Part shown: positions 35,161 through 45,169 of the stretch, one piece after another
Position numbering within the stretch: the first letter of the stretch is position 1
Layout of the letters: the number at the start of each line of letters is the position of its first letter
From: an uncultured delta proteobacterium
GTDB lineage: Bacteria; Myxococcota; Myxococcia; Myxococcales; Myxococcaceae
Assembly: GCA_963776345.1 (NCBI GenBank)
Contig: CAVZMH010000022.1
Location: 352,001 to 416,000 of the forward strand
Reading direction: 5' to 3'
DNA length: 64,000 bases
Translations under genes and position numbers: made by a program
Notes under the pieces: generated by a model
What the model was told of the DNA's origin: nothing
Database searches by the model: none
What the model saw: only the letters and a program-made list of their open reading frames with translations

Positions 35161-37701
35161 TCAGCCCGTCGCCGCCTCGCCGGTCGAGGGCACCGGCTCC
35201 TCGGCGGGGCGCTGTCGCCGACGCCGCCAGAGCTGCGCCGCAGGTAGGACCAGGAGCGCGGCGAGCAAGCACGCCGCCTCGCCGATCACCGCGGTGAGGC
35301 CCAGGCTCCTGACGCCGAAGTTGAGCGAGCGCGTCAGCGCCAGGTAGCCGAGCAGGGTGGTCAGGCTGCAGAGGACCACCGCCCCCCCGGTCCGCCGCAG
35401 CGTCTCCAGCGGATCTCTCAGCTCGAGGTCTCGCTGCACGATGTTCACCGCGTAGTCCACGCCGATGCCGAAGGTGACCGGCAGGGCGATGAAGTTGAGG
35501 AAGTTCAGCTTGACCTTCCAGAGCGCGAGGATGCCCACGGTCCAGAACACGCCGACCAGCAGCGAGAGGATGACCCGGGTCATCGAGCGCCATCGCCGGA
35601 AGCTCAGGGCGACGATGCACAGGGTGGCGATGATGGACACCACGAGCGCCCGGGGGATGTCCTTCAGGATCGCGCTCCACATGTCGGCGTAGATGACCGC
35701 ACGCCCCGAGCCGCGGATCTCGCTTCCGTCGGGGAGGATGGTGCTCCGGTACCCGTCCGCCCAGCGCAGGAGGTAGTGCGCGTCCGAGGTGACGTCGCCT
35801 TCGCCGTCGATGGGGCTGATGTAGAGGATCCGCCCGCGGGTCCCGTCCTTCTCGGTGAAGGGCCGGGCGATGGCGTCGGGCAGCTCGGCGATCCCGAAGG
35901 GCTTCAGGTCCTCCGGGGGCAGGTACGGCTCGACCTTCTCCCAGTCCGGGACCAGCCCCAGCCGGTGCGCCTTCAGGATGCGCCGCCGGAGCTGCATCAG
36001 GATCGGGATCTTGGCCTGCTGATCCCGGGGCACGAAGTCCTCGAGGGTGTGCACTGCCTTGAACGGCTTCGCATCGGCCGGCGCGGCATCCCGGCGGGCC
36101 TCGAGCGCGGCCTTGAGCGGCGCCACCTGGTCCAGCCGGTCGGTCATCACCGCCATCCCGTTCACACCGACGAAGCCGGTGATCCCCAGCGCGACGTGGA
36201 AGAGCCGGTGCACCTCGGAGACCGCCTGCCGGTCGCTCTGGATCTTGTTGGTGTCGTACTCCATCGGGTCGGAGCGGACGTAGAAGACCGTGAGCACGGC
36301 GCCGACGATGGCCAGCAGGCCGCCGACCAGGGTGATGGCCCGCGGCGCGCTGGCGACGATGGCGGCGAAGGGCCGTCCGAAGGGGACGCCCTCGCCCTGC
36401 ACCCGCAGCGCCCGCCGCCACCAGGAGACGCGCTCGAGCGGGACGATGCGCTCCATCAAGAGCAAGATCGGGGGGAGCGAGAGGAAGGCCGCCGCCCAGC
36501 AGAGCAGCATCCCGAGCCCCCCGATCCAGCCGAACTCGCGGAAGCCCTTGAACTCGGTGACCACCAGCGCGCCGTAGGCGGCCGAGGCGGTCGCGGCGGC
36601 GGTCAGGGTCGGCCGCCAGGTGTGGCGCATCGCCTCGACGATCGCCGCCTCGGCAGGTGTCCCCTTCCCCCGCTCCTCGATGTAGCGGGCCATGAGGAGG
36701 ATGGAGAAGTTGATGCCGTTGCCGGCGATGATGGTGAACAGGAAGCCGGTGGCGAGGTTGAGGCGACCGATGAGCAGCTCGGTCAGGGCGAAGGTCCAGG
36801 CGACCCCGATGCCGATCCCCAGGCCCATCGAGACGACGGTCCGGATTCGCAGGTAATAGACGAACACGATGCCGAGGATCAGCAGCGTCCCGGCGAGGCC
36901 CACCTCGGTGAGGTCGCGGTTGATCAGCCGGTACTCCGAGAGGCCGATGATCAGATCGCCACTGAGGTCGAACCGGGCCGCCGGATCGAAGGACCGGAGG
37001 TTCACCCGCCGGACGACCTCGGAGACGCGGGCCACCGCCTCCTCCGCCTGCTTGAAGTCGGCGCCCACCACGCCGCTGCGGATGAGGATGACCGCGGTCT
37101 TGCCGTCGGCGCTCTGGTAGTGCCCGTCGCCCGGGAACTTCCGCTCGTCCTCGGGCTTCACCCCCAGCCCGGCCTTCAGCGAGTCCGGAGCGATGGGTGG
37201 CGGCGGGGCCTCGTCCAGGTCGAGCTGCAGCCCGCTGCGCTTCCCGACCTCGTAGGCGTAGCGGGCCTCCACGTCGTCGCGGAGCTTCCTCAGGGTGGCG
37301 AGGTCCGTGTAGAGGCCGGTGCGAGGCCGGACGAAGGCCAGCGCGTCGTGGACCCCGTTCTCCACCTGCCCCACCCAGGGCGGCCCGATGGCCGCCAGGG
37401 CGGGGACCAGCGCGTCGGAGGCCCGCCGCAGCCCGGCCGGGTCCTGCCCCTCGAGCACCACGAAGATGGTGGAGAGGCTCGAGGTGCGGGCGGAGACCCG
37501 GCGGAGCTCGAGGACGCTCGGCCGCGACTCGGGCAGGAGGCTCTCGAAGCCGGTCTCGAGCCTCAGCCGGGTGGCGAGGACGATCGAGACCGCCGTCAGG
37601 ACGGCAATCGCCGAGAGGACCTGGACCGGGCGCCGGAGCTGCCAATCGATGAGGCGACCCAGGACCCGCTGGAGCGGGGACCTCGCGGGTGGCGAGCTCA
37701 C
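35161..37701 (-). CDS. MMPL/RND family lipid transporter (HpnN-like)
   Basis: Two-fold TM + periplasmic repeat; AGNGINFSI and FGIGVDYAV motifs. Confidence 0.9.
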   Translation of the reverse strand: MSSPPARSPLQRVLGRLIDWQLRRPVQVLSAIAVLTAVSIVLATRLRLETGFESLLPESRPSVLELRRVSARTSSLSTIFVVLEGQDPAGLRRASDALVPALAAIGPPWVGQVENGVHDALAFVRPRTGLYTDLATLRKLRDDVEARYAYEVGKRSGLQLDLDEAPPPPIAPDSLKAGLGVKPEDERKFPGDGHYQSADGKTAVILIRSGVVGADFKQAEEAVARVSEVVRRVNLRSFDPAARFDLSGDLIIGLSEYRLINRDLTEVGLAGTLLILGIVFVYYLRIRTVVSMGLGIGIGVAWTFALTELLIGRLNLATGFLFTIIAGNGINFSILLMARYIEERGKGTPAEAAIVEAMRHTWRPTLTAAATASAAYGALVVTEFKGFREFGWIGGLGMLLCWAAAFLSLPPILLLMERIVPLERVSWWRRALRVQGEGVPFGRPFAAIVASAPRAITLVGGLLAIVGAVLTVFYVRSDPMEYDTNKIQSDRQAVSEVHRLFHVALGITGFVGVNGMAVMTDRLDQVAPLKAALEARRDAAPADAKPFKAVHTLEDFVPRDQQAKIPILMQLRRRILKAHRLGLVPDWEKVEPYLPPEDLKPFGIAELPDAIARPFTEKDGTRGRILYISPIDGEGDVTSDAHYLLRWADGYRSTILPDGSEIRGSGRAVIYADMWSAILKDIPRALVVSIIATLCIVALSFRRWRSMTRVILSLLVGVFWTVGILALWKVKLNFLNFIALPVTFGIGVDYAVNIVQRDLELRDPLETLRRTGGAVVLCSLTTLLGYLALTRSLNFGVRSLGLTAVIGEAACLLAALLVLPAAQLWRRRRQRPAEEPVPSTGEAATG

Positions 37702-39215
37702 TCGGCCCGCCCGCGGGGCAGGCAGGCCCAGAAGTGGTAGTTCTGCACCACCACCCCGGCGCGCTCCACGGCCAGGGTACGGAGAGGCCTGCAGTCACGG
37801 TCCGGCAGCAACGTCGCGGGGTCCTGGTGGTAGTGGTCGTCGTGGATGTACAGCACCGGAGACCCCGGTGGCGGATCGCGGCGTCCGAGAAAGTCGAATT
37901 CGGTCCTCCGCTGCCCCGGACAGTAGACGGGTGGGCGATCGTCCAGCGCGGTGAGGATGTGCGCGCAGAGCGCGTACTGGCAGCTCGCCACCACCGTGCC
38001 CGGACCGAGCGAGGGCGCCGTCCGACCCACCTCGGCCTGGAGCGCGCTCCAGCCGTTCATCTCGTTGAAGAAGTCCCGGTCGGGGTCGTAGGCGCCGGCA
38101 GGGAGGAGCCGGCGCAGGGCGGGGTCCTGGGAGTGGGCATAGACGGCCGCGACGCCGATCACCGCCACCGCGAGGCAGGCCGCGATGTACCACCGGAGCC
38201 ACGCCGAGAGGTGCTCCCATCGCTCGTCCAGCACTCCGCCGCCCGCGACGACCAGCGGGATGTAGCCCACCATCGTCCAGTGGGACTCGGCGTCTCGGAC
38301 CCGCATCATCATGATCAGGAAGAAGAGCAGGACCGGCCAGCTGGCGAGCGTGAGGAACCGGAACCGGTCGTCCCGGCGCGAGCGACGGATGCAGATCGCC
38401 AGGACGACCATCAGGCCGGGGAAGATCAGCGGATGGAACGGCACGAGCTGGCCCACGATGGCCTGCCCCGCGTTGAGGGCGAGCGCCGCGACGTCGGTGG
38501 AGCCCCTGCGCTCCACGAAGTGGAGGACCAGCGAGGGCCACCCGCGCTGGTGGTTCCAGATCAGCACCGGGAGCGCGACTCCGAGGCTCACCAGGCTGCC
38601 GAGGTAGAGCGAGGGACGGCGGAGCCAGCGTCGACCCCGTGGCGAGACCAGGACGTAGAGGAGCCCGACCCCGAGGAGGAGCACGCCCGAGTACTTGGCG
38701 AGGAACGCCAGACCGGCCACCAGGCCCGCGGCGAGCGGGCGCCACGCCTCGTCGTGCTCCCGCATTCCGTCGAGCAGCAGCAGCCCGAGCACCCACAGCG
38801 GCGCCAGAGGGGCCTCGGGATTCAGCGCGTAGCTCGAGCCGAAGAAGACCGGGATGGCGGTGACGATGACCACCGCCAGGAAGCCGGCGCGCGGCGAGAA
38901 GAGACGTTGCCCCAGGCGGTACACCAGAACGCCGAACAGCGCCGCGCAGACCACGGGTCCCGACCGGACCGCCAGCGGCCCGTGCGAGAACTGCGTGGTC
39001 AACCAGGTCATCCAGGCGACCAGCGGTGGATGGTCGTAGTAGCTCAGGGACGGGAAGCGCGACCAGACGTAGTAGTAGGCCTCGCCGTTGGCGATCCCGG
39101 TGGTGGAGACGAACAGCAGCCGGACCAGCGTGGCCCCGGCGATCAGCGCCGCGGTCCGCGCGTCCCATTGCCGCACGTCCTCGGGCACCCCGACGCCGAC
39201 AATCGCGTCAGTCAT
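37698..39215 (-). CDS. GT-C glycosyltransferase, ArnT/PMT-like (family 39/83)
   Basis: EAYY..SLSYYDHPP, GLAFLAKY, PVLIWN; multiple TM helices; coupled to the MMPL gene. Confidence 0.85.
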   Translation of the reverse strand: MTDAIVGVGVPEDVRQWDARTAALIAGATLVRLLFVSTTGIANGEAYYYVWSRFPSLSYYDHPPLVAWMTWLTTQFSHGPLAVRSGPVVCAALFGVLVYRLGQRLFSPRAGFLAVVIVTAIPVFFGSSYALNPEAPLAPLWVLGLLLLDGMREHDEAWRPLAAGLVAGLAFLAKYSGVLLLGVGLLYVLVSPRGRRWLRRPSLYLGSLVSLGVALPVLIWNHQRGWPSLVLHFVERRGSTDVAALALNAGQAIVGQLVPFHPLIFPGLMVVLAICIRRSRRDDRFRFLTLASWPVLLFFLIMMMRVRDAESHWTMVGYIPLVVAGGGVLDERWEHLSAWLRWYIAACLAVAVIGVAAVYAHSQDPALRRLLPAGAYDPDRDFFNEMNGWSALQAEVGRTAPSLGPGTVVASCQYALCAHILTALDDRPPVYCPGQRRTEFDFLGRRDPPPGSPVLYIHDDHYHQDPATLLPDRDCRPLRTLAVERAGVVVQNYHFWACLPRGRAE

Positions 39216-39224
39216 GCAGCGCGC

Positions 39225-39881
39225 TCACCACTCGACCACGAAGTCCGCGTAGTCGGCCTCGGCCGGGGTCTGTGAGTTGTCCCCGTCGGTCATCAGCCCG
39301 ATGGCCACGAAGTCGGGCACGTCCTCCAGCCTTCCGCCGTAGTGCTTCACGAACTCCCTCCTCGGGTCGACCGCGTACGAGTTCCAGACGTCGAGCGGTC
39401 CGCCCACCTGCACCAGGATCGTGTCCCGGTCGAAGAACCACCCGCGCGCCGACTGGCAGGAGGTCCCCACGGTGCCGACCGTGCTCCAGACGTACTTGAT
39501 CACCATGAGCTTCAACCCGGCCTTGAAGGCCAGGAACACCGAGGCGGCGGCGTCGGAGGCGCCCGGCCCGCAGTCGTTCGCGTCCCGGGGGAGCGAGTGG
39601 ACCCGCCAGCGCCAGCTCACCGAGGTGACCGTGTGCCGGGCCTGCTCCGGGACCGTGGCCTTCAGCACCACATTGCCCAGCCCCGGCCGGTAGACGGCCC
39701 GGATCAGCGGCACCCCGTCCTCGGCGCCCACCGAGTAGTAGTTCACCGGACCGGAGTCCTCCTTGAACACGCTGAAGGCCGCCGGGGCGATGACTGTGCG
39801 GTGCCGGGCCTCCGGCGCGGGCGCGGTTCCGTCGCCGCTCGAGGCGAGGGCCAGGAGCAAGAGAGCCGTCGAGAGGGACAT
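39225..39881 (-). CDS. DUF3047 family secreted protein
   Basis: Signal peptide, SWRWRV, IKYVWS, IGLMTDGDN. Confidence 0.8.
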   Translation of the reverse strand: MSLSTALLLLALASSGDGTAPAPEARHRTVIAPAAFSVFKEDSGPVNYYSVGAEDGVPLIRAVYRPGLGNVVLKATVPEQARHTVTSVSWRWRVHSLPRDANDCGPGASDAAASVFLAFKAGLKLMVIKYVWSTVGTVGTSCQSARGWFFDRDTILVQVGGPLDVWNSYAVDPRREFVKHYGGRLEDVPDFVAIGLMTDGDNSQTPAEADYADFVVEW

Positions 39882-39933
39882 GATCGTGGCGCGCACTTGA
39901 CGGCACTCCACGGGCGCGTGTCAAAAGCTTCGC

Positions 39934-41847
39934 GTGGACGTTTCCCCTCTCGAGAGCACCCAGCCGTCGTCGCCAGCCGGTGGGGTGGACCGCGCGACGC
40001 TGGCCCTGGCCGAGGCCATCATCCCGGGGACCAGCACCATCCCCGGCGCCGACGACACGACGGTGCGCGAGGTCGCCGCGCTGGTCGCCCGGCTGTCGCC
40101 GAGGCTGGCCACCGCCTGGACTGCCGCCCACCGTGCGCTCGACGCCGCCGCCCGCCTGCGCACCGGCCGCCCCTTCCACGCCCTCTCCGCGGCCCGCCAG
40201 GAGGCGCTGCTCACGCGGTGGGAGCGCGACCCGCTGCTCAAGATTCCGCTGTCCGTCCTGTCGAGCGTCTACAAGGTCGTCCACTTCGACTCCCCGCACG
40301 TGCAGCGGGCGATGGGGGCGAGGCCCAGGCCGCCCCTTCCGGTCACCGAGCCGCACTGGGCCCGGCAGGTTCACTCCGCCAGCTCGTGGACCGGCGGCGA
40401 CGTCGAGTGCGACGTGGTGGTCATGGGGACCGGCGCGGGCGGGGCAGTGGTGGGGTACGAGCTCGCCGCGCGCGGCCATGCGGTGGTCTTCGTCGAGGAG
40501 GGGCAGCTCTACCACCGGCACAGCTTCGACGGCAGCACGGTGCGCGCCTACGAGCGCTTCTACCGGCCGGCCTTCGCGGTGGGCAACGCGACCTTCCCGG
40601 TCTTCGTCGGGCGGATGGTCGGTGGCTCGACGGGGGTGAACGGCGGCACCGCCTTCCGGACTCCCTCCTGGGTCCTGGACCGCTGGTGCGAGGAGATGGG
40701 GACCGACGCCTTCGAGCCGTCCCGGATGGCTCGCTACTTCGACCAGGTGGAGGCGCACCTCGAGGTGGGCCCGTCCTCTCGCCGCCACGTGGGGCCCATC
40801 GCCGACGTCATGCAGCGTGGGTGCGATGCGCTCGGCTGGAAGCACGGCCAGCTCCTCAGGAACGCGCCGGGGTGCGAGGCGTCCGGCTTCTGCCACGTCG
40901 GTTGCCGGAGCGACGCCCGGCGCAGCACCAACCTCTCCTACGTCCCGCCGGCGCTGGAGCGGGGCGCCCTGCTCTTCACCGGGCTGAAGGCCGACCGGGT
41001 GGTGGTGGAGAGCGGGCGCGCGACGGGCATCGAGGGCCGCGCGCCGAACGGGGCGCGGATCCGCGTGCGCGCCAGGGCGGTCATCCTGGCGGGTGGGACG
41101 ATCCCCACGCCGCTGTTCCTCATGGCGCAGAACCTCGCCAACGCGAGCGGCCAGGTCGGACGGAACCTCACCCTCCACCCGAGCTGCGTGGCGCTGGGCC
41201 TCTTCGACGAGGAGATCCGCGGCTTCGACCACATCCCCCAGGGGTACGGGTCTGAGGAGTTCCTCCGCGAGGGCCTGCTGCTGGTCGCGGCGCAGGCGAC
41301 CCACAACGCAATGCCGAGCATGTTCGCCTCGGTCGGCCGCCGGCTCATGGAGCCGCTGGCCCAGCTCCGTCACGCGGCCGGCGTCGGGCCGCTCGCCGCG
41401 GACGCCACGCGCAACGGCCGGGTGTGGAGGGAGTTCCGGGGGCTCCCGGTCATTCGCTACACGGTCACCCCGGCGGACGTCGCCCGTCTCAAGCGCGGCC
41501 TCGAGCTGTCGATGGAGATGCTGGTCGCGGCGGGAGCTCGCCGCCTGTACCCCGGCGTCCTCGGGGTCGGGAGCCTGGAGCCGCGCCGCGGGCTGGACGC
41601 CTTCCGGAAGCGGGAGGTGTCGGCATCCGACATGGCGCTGGTCAGCTACCATCCGCTGGGGACCTGCCAGATGGGCACCGACCGGCGCACCAGCGTGGTG
41701 GGGATCGATCACCAGTGCCACGACGTCCCCGGGCTGTTCATCGTCGACGGCAGCACGGTGCGCGGACCCCTCGGGGTCAACCCCCAGCTCACCATCATGG
41801 CGATCGCCGCCCGCGCGGCCGACCAGATCTCACCGCAGCTCGGGTGA
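39934..41847 (+). CDS. GMC oxidoreductase with a fused N-terminal partner-like domain
   Basis: N-terminal LAEAIIP..RPFHALSAARQEALLTRW; then DVVVMGTGAGG, VGGSTGVN, CHVGC, YHPLGTC, LGVNPQLTI. Confidence 0.88.
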   Translation: MDVSPLESTQPSSPAGGVDRATLALAEAIIPGTSTIPGADDTTVREVAALVARLSPRLATAWTAAHRALDAAARLRTGRPFHALSAARQEALLTRWERDPLLKIPLSVLSSVYKVVHFDSPHVQRAMGARPRPPLPVTEPHWARQVHSASSWTGGDVECDVVVMGTGAGGAVVGYELAARGHAVVFVEEGQLYHRHSFDGSTVRAYERFYRPAFAVGNATFPVFVGRMVGGSTGVNGGTAFRTPSWVLDRWCEEMGTDAFEPSRMARYFDQVEAHLEVGPSSRRHVGPIADVMQRGCDALGWKHGQLLRNAPGCEASGFCHVGCRSDARRSTNLSYVPPALERGALLFTGLKADRVVVESGRATGIEGRAPNGARIRVRARAVILAGGTIPTPLFLMAQNLANASGQVGRNLTLHPSCVALGLFDEEIRGFDHIPQGYGSEEFLREGLLLVAAQATHNAMPSMFASVGRRLMEPLAQLRHAAGVGPLAADATRNGRVWREFRGLPVIRYTVTPADVARLKRGLELSMEMLVAAGARRLYPGVLGVGSLEPRRGLDAFRKREVSASDMALVSYHPLGTCQMGTDRRTSVVGIDHQCHDVPGLFIVDGSTVRGPLGVNPQLTIMAIAARAADQISPQLG

Positions 41848-43455
41848 GCGCCGCTTCCGGAAGAACGCCCGCAGCGTCCGCATCCGGCGCCGCAGGAGGC
41901 CGGGCAGCTTCCAGGCGCCCCCCAGGCGGTTGCCCTGGAGATCCGCCAGGACGTCCCCCAGCTCGACCAGCGTCTGGTCGTACGGCATCCAGAAGAGCTC
42001 GGGCGCCCGCCGGCGATCGACCACCAGCGTCCGCGGCCGGACGAAGGTGGCCAGGGCGAAGGCGCTGTTGGCGACGCCGAACCCCGTGGCCCGGGTCCCG
42101 GACCAGGGGAGGCTCGGGATCGCGCCGGTGAACGCGTGGTTGTTGATGCTCACCACCCCGTAGTCCAGCCGCTCCGCCAGGCGCTGGCCGCGGTCGAGGT
42201 CGCTGGTCCAGATGGACGCGCCGAGCCCGTAGCGGAGCTGGTTGGCCGCCCGGATGGCCTCCGCCGGCCCGTCCACCCGGATGATGGCCAGCACCGGACC
42301 GAAGGTCTCGTCGCGCACCACCGACATCGTGTCGTTGCAGTGGTCGAGGAGCGTGGGCGCGAACCAGAGCCCCTCGCCGAGCGGGGCGCCGCCCGAGACC
42401 ACCGTCGCCCCGCGCGCCCTGGCGTCCTCGACGTGCTGCTTCACCAGGCGGAACTGGCGCTCGTTGGCCAGCGGCGCGACGTCGGTCGAGGCTCCATGGC
42501 CGGGTCCGACCCGCAGCCGGGTCCACACCTCGCGCATCCGGGCGACGAACGCCTCGGCCACCGGGCGCTCCACGTAGACGATCTCGATCGCCCCGCAGGC
42601 CTGGCCGGCGTTGCTCAGCGCCCAGTGGGTGATCCCGGCGACCGTGCGCTCCAGGTCGCAGTCGGCAAAGACGAGGGCCGGGTCCTTCCCGCCCATCTCC
42701 GCGCTGCAGGGGATGCCCAGCTCGGCGCAACGGACCGAGACCAGGCGTCCGGTCGCCGTCGAGCCGGTGAAGACACAGGCGTCCGGCCTCGCGTCGAGCA
42801 GGGCCGCGCCGACCTCGCCGCCACCGACCGCGACCTGCACCACGCCCGCCGGCAGGCGTCCGGCGAGCAGCTCGGCGAACCAGCTGCTCGAGCGTGGCGA
42901 GTACTCGCTCGGCTTGAGGATGATGCTGTTGCCGGCCATCAGCGCCGGGAAGACCGAGCGGTACAGGCCGGCGGCCGGGTAGTTCCAGGGGGCGATGATG
43001 GCGACGACCCCCCGGGGGACGGCCTCCACGTAGGCCCGTTTCCCCGGGAAACTCAAGGGGTTGAGCCGGACCCTTCGCCGCTCGAGCACGGGGCCGAGCA
43101 CACGGGCCCAGCCCTTCACCGCGTCCAGCGGGCCGAGCGCCTCGTTGAAGAGCGCCTCCGCCTCGACCTTGCCGACCTCCTCGGCGACGAGCGCCATGAG
43201 CTCCTGACGGCGCTGGAGCATCTCGCGCGCGGCCGCCAGCAGGCACGCCACCCGCTCGGACAGGGGGGTATGCCCCCAGGCCTCCTGGGCATCCCGGGCG
43301 CGGGCCATCCGGGCCACGAGCGGCTCCCCGGGCGTGGCCTGGACCGCGGCCACCGCGCGCTGCTCGCGGCCGGGGATGTGCCCGAGCGCCCCCCCGGGCG
43401 CGTGCGTCCCTTCACGGGCCACGGGCTCGGTCAGGGGCGGATCGGACGGCGGCAT
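41830..43455 (-). CDS. Aldehyde dehydrogenase
   Basis: IAPWNYP, LKPSE, FTGS, EMGGKDP, NAGQAC, ETFGP; 3' end overlaps the convergent GMC gene. Confidence 0.93.
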   Translation of the reverse strand: MPPSDPPLTEPVAREGTHAPGGALGHIPGREQRAVAAVQATPGEPLVARMARARDAQEAWGHTPLSERVACLLAAAREMLQRRQELMALVAEEVGKVEAEALFNEALGPLDAVKGWARVLGPVLERRRVRLNPLSFPGKRAYVEAVPRGVVAIIAPWNYPAAGLYRSVFPALMAGNSIILKPSEYSPRSSSWFAELLAGRLPAGVVQVAVGGGEVGAALLDARPDACVFTGSTATGRLVSVRCAELGIPCSAEMGGKDPALVFADCDLERTVAGITHWALSNAGQACGAIEIVYVERPVAEAFVARMREVWTRLRVGPGHGASTDVAPLANERQFRLVKQHVEDARARGATVVSGGAPLGEGLWFAPTLLDHCNDTMSVVRDETFGPVLAIIRVDGPAEAIRAANQLRYGLGASIWTSDLDRGQRLAERLDYGVVSINNHAFTGAIPSLPWSGTRATGFGVANSAFALATFVRPRTLVVDRRRAPELFWMPYDQTLVELGDVLADLQGNRLGGAWKLPGLLRRRMRTLRAFFRKRRSPELR

Positions 43456-43588
43456 CGAAAGGGAGGGTGGGGCAGGGTAGGGCGACTCTCTTAACACGCT
43501 CCGCGTTGGCCCTAGGGAGTACGCGGGCCAGGCCAGCTTGGCCGTTGCCAGAGGGGTCGTCGGATGTTACGCAGCCCCGCGTCATTTC

Positions 43589-45169
43589 ATGAAAGTTCGT
43601 CGCGGCGGAGCGGTCATCGGCCCGCTGGCCTGGACGGCGGCAAGGGCACGGGTCGGGGCCTGGAACCGCGTCGCCAGCGGTCGTGACCGGCTACGAGAGG
43701 TCCAGATCGGTGCACTGAGGCAGAACTGTCGGGCGGCTGCCCGGACGGAGTTCGGCCGTGCGCACCGGCTCGCCGAGGTCTCCACCCACGCCGAGTTCCA
43801 GGAGCGCGTGCCGCTGCGAACCTATGCCGACTTCGAGCCCTACCTCGAGCGCATGCGCCACGGCGCGCGGGACGTGCTCTGGCCGGGGTTGATCCGGTAC
43901 TTCGGTCAGTCCTCCGGCAGCTCCCAGACGCTCTCCCAGCACAAGTTCCTGCCCATCTCCGATCAGCAGATCCGGTGGCAGCAGAAGGCCGCGTTCGACG
44001 TGGTGGTCCAGTACGTCACGCACGTCGGACACGCCCGGTTCCTGGGGGGCTTCACCCTCGGGCTCTTCCCGCCCTCCACGCTGAAGCCGGACGGCGCGGT
44101 GAACACCACCAACAACCCGGGGTTGATGCAGCGGAACGTGCCCTGGCCGGTCCGGGACGGGGTCCTGCCCAGGGCAGACCTCCGTGACATCCAGGACTAC
44201 GATGAAAAGCTGGAGAGGATGGCGGCGGCCTACCTGGACCACGACGTCCGGGCCCTCTCGGGGACCACCTGCTGGTTCTCGGTGTTCTTCGACAAGCTGC
44301 TCCGGGCCGCCCGGGCGCGTGGGCGCCCGGTGAGCACCGTCTCCGAGCTGTGGCCGAACCTCGAGGTGCTCTTCGGAGGCGGAATCAACGCCGAGCCCTA
44401 CCGGCCGGTGATCGAGAAGCGCGTCGGTCGACCGGTGGTCATCATGGACAACTACAACGCCACCGAGGGCGGCATCTTCGCGGTCACCGATCGCATCGGC
44501 GAGCCGGGGATGCTGGTGGTCCCCGACCGGGGCGTGTTCTTCGAGTTCGTCGCCGCCTCCGAGCACGGCAAGCCCGGCGCGCGCCGGCTGGCCCTCTGGG
44601 AGGTGGAGCCGGGGGTCGACTACTCCATCGCGGTGAGCACCTCCTCGGGCCTCTTCGGCTACCTGATCGGGGACCTGGTGCAGTTCCAGAGCGTCTTCCC
44701 GCACCGGATGGAGTTCGTGGGCCGGACCTCGGGCGTGCTCTCGCTGACCCAGGAGCTGACCTCCTTCGTGGAGATCGAGCGCGCCATGGAGGCCGCCGTC
44801 CGTGCGGCTGGGTGCTCGGTGGTGGAGTTCTCGGCGGGGGCCGAGGTGGGAGTCGGCGGCACCGGCAAGGGCCGCTACCAGCTCTTCGTCGAGTTCGACC
44901 AGCCGCCGGCGGACCCGCACCGCTTCACCACCGCCTTCGACGAGAGCCTCTGCGCACAGAACCGCGTCTACCGGGAGCACCGGGCCGCGGACGTGGCCAT
45001 CCTCCCCCCGGCGCTCTTCGCCCTGCCGCCCGGGGGGGCCCGCCGCTTCATGGAGGACATTGGCCGGAGAAGCCCGCAGCAGAAGTTTCCGAGGGTGGTC
45101 GAGAATTCTAAGCGGGACATCCTCGCAAAATATGCCACATTGATCGAGTTACCCTGGGAGCGTGCATGA
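43589..45169 (+). CDS. GH3 family acyl-adenylate/amide-forming ligase
   Basis: AARTEFGR..FQERVPLRTYADF, SSGSS P-loop, YNATEG, YLIGD, KFPR. Confidence 0.88.
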   Translation: MKVRRGGAVIGPLAWTAARARVGAWNRVASGRDRLREVQIGALRQNCRAAARTEFGRAHRLAEVSTHAEFQERVPLRTYADFEPYLERMRHGARDVLWPGLIRYFGQSSGSSQTLSQHKFLPISDQQIRWQQKAAFDVVVQYVTHVGHARFLGGFTLGLFPPSTLKPDGAVNTTNNPGLMQRNVPWPVRDGVLPRADLRDIQDYDEKLERMAAAYLDHDVRALSGTTCWFSVFFDKLLRAARARGRPVSTVSELWPNLEVLFGGGINAEPYRPVIEKRVGRPVVIMDNYNATEGGIFAVTDRIGEPGMLVVPDRGVFFEFVAASEHGKPGARRLALWEVEPGVDYSIAVSTSSGLFGYLIGDLVQFQSVFPHRMEFVGRTSGVLSLTQELTSFVEIERAMEAAVRAAGCSVVEFSAGAEVGVGGTGKGRYQLFVEFDQPPADPHRFTTAFDESLCAQNRVYREHRAADVAILPPALFALPPGGARRFMEDIGRRSPQQKFPRVVENSKRDILAKYATLIELPWERA

